The position numbers and the translations under genes are program-made. Positions 58,661 through 59,548 of a DNA stretch of 59,548 bases are shown here, piece by piece (position 1 is the stretch's first letter; every line of letters begins with the position of its first letter). The stretch is taken from the IMG/VR virus record IMGVR_UViG_3300022851_000011, positions 62,001 through 121,548 of that record; one strand, written 5' to 3'. Source of the DNA: an uncultured virus (IMG/VR IMGVR_UViG_3300022851_000011) (Duplodnaviria; Heunggongvirae; Uroviricota; Caudoviricetes). Under the pieces are notes generated by a model. It ran no database searches and was not told the DNA's origin. It was given only the letters and a program-made list of their open reading frames with translations.

Positions 58661-59548
58661 TTATCATTCTTCCTTGTTTCCATCCAGTTTCTAAATGTTT
58701 ATTCAACTTATCTTTATGAATTCTCTTGTTCTCATCGTCTTTAGTAACCCACGTATATTGCTTATTAGTATCCGAGGCATATTTATCCTTTATGTCTAGA
58801 AATGACAATAGAACATCAGTTTCCGTTAATTCCCTAGCAGCAACATACCCTCTGTTTTCTGTCCAAAACAAATGATCGCCCGTGCAGACAACTGACTGCA
58901 TACCATCATCTGTTTCAACCTTATAAAGCTCCGCGTCTGGATTCGTCATACCAAACGCAGTTATAGATTGAAACTCAACGGTATTTGTCTTGGTATTATA
59001 TGACTTAACCAAAACTGTTTCATATTTCTTAATGAATTTATCTACTTCGTGAATTTCGATTGAAAAGATTTCATTATCACATTTTACCGTTATCTTAGTA
59101 TCTGCTACCAGACAAAGATTACTCATACGCACTGCGGCTACATCTGGTTTGAATGATGAATGGTCGTTGACGTTATCTACATTCATAAGATATATACGAC
59201 CAGTATTCTTTCGTTCTTCCATAAATGCAGAGAACAGTTCTGATGCTTTTACACGTTTCTTGCGAATGTAGTTATTCTTTTCAGCACGTTCGTATAGTTC
59301 TTTGAACTTATCTTGATCATTAAAGAAGGATTCGTATAGGCCCGGAACATCGCTTGGGCTGAATAATGTAATATCGGCATTTTGGATAAGGCGCTCATAA
59401 AACAACTTACTGAACTGCACTGAGTAATCAATGTGGCGCACACGATTATCGTCGGTGCCTTTGTTGTTCTTTAGCACGAGTAGGTCTTCTACTTCATAAT
59501 GCCAGATGGGATAATGAAGTGTTGCACTATTATGAACAACCATCATCT
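58644..59548 (-). CDS. nrdA: NrdA middle part + split intein N-half (5' end off window)
   Basis: LLVLKNNKG, ERKNTGRIY, MSNL then CLVADT (intein Cys1 at 59112-59114), CTGDH, RGYV.A..L...D. Confidence 0.92.
   Translation of the reverse strand, partial: MMVVHNSATLHYPIWHYEVEDLLVLKNNKGTDDNRVRHIDYSVQFSKLFYERLIQNADITLFSPSDVPGLYESFFNDQDKFKELYERAEKNNYIRKKRVKASELFSAFMEERKNTGRIYLMNVDNVNDHSSFKPDVAAVRMSNLCLVADTKITVKCDNEIFSIEIHEVDKFIKKYETVLVKSYNTKTNTVEFQSITAFGMTNPDAELYKVETDDGMQSVVCTGDHLFWTENRGYVAARELTETDVLLSFLDIKDKYASDTNKQYTWVTKDDENKRIHKDKLNKHLETGWKQGRMINGKSN

Noticed and set aside
1..59548. Genome-wide UGA or UAG recoding
   Set aside because: Conserved genes are intact under code 11 and TGA terminates many genes at expected ends.

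Overview
This AT-rich window comes from a large lytic dsDNA phage, probably a T4-like or jumbo myovirus. It has PAAR, nrdA/nrdB/glutaredoxin, TAAATA late-promoter-like motifs and sigma70-type early promoters, and most genes lie on the minus strand. A circularly permuted two-piece tmRNA with an alphaproteobacterial-type tag suggests an alphaproteobacterial host. Host-like auxiliary genes include pstS, purS, sbmA, clpX, clpS, hsp20, rpsU, pth2 and uvsE. There is also a sugar-modifying cluster (UDP-glucose dehydrogenase, DegT aminotransferase, hydroxylase, amidinotransferase, methyltransferase), two genes fractured by split inteins (ugd, nrdA), and a ~900-nt GOLLD-like RNA with an embedded tRNA-like domain carrying a UCA anticodon. 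The most striking unexplained feature is a family of about 30 small paralogous genes. They have a conserved N-terminus (M-x-K-E-[EKQ]-F-W-x-x-L-x-x-P), a CxxC, a hypervariable middle and a conserved C-terminus (W-E-W-[DN]-G). They sit at stop/start junctions throughout the window and alternate with the enzyme genes of one operon. Decayed copies and an 'empty' copy made only of the two ends are present, and the KExFW motif recurs at the C-terminus of a second expanded family of HRTDGPA-repeat proteins. All family assignments are by eye from motifs; no database searches were run. Several frameshifts and chimeric junctions could be assembly artefacts.
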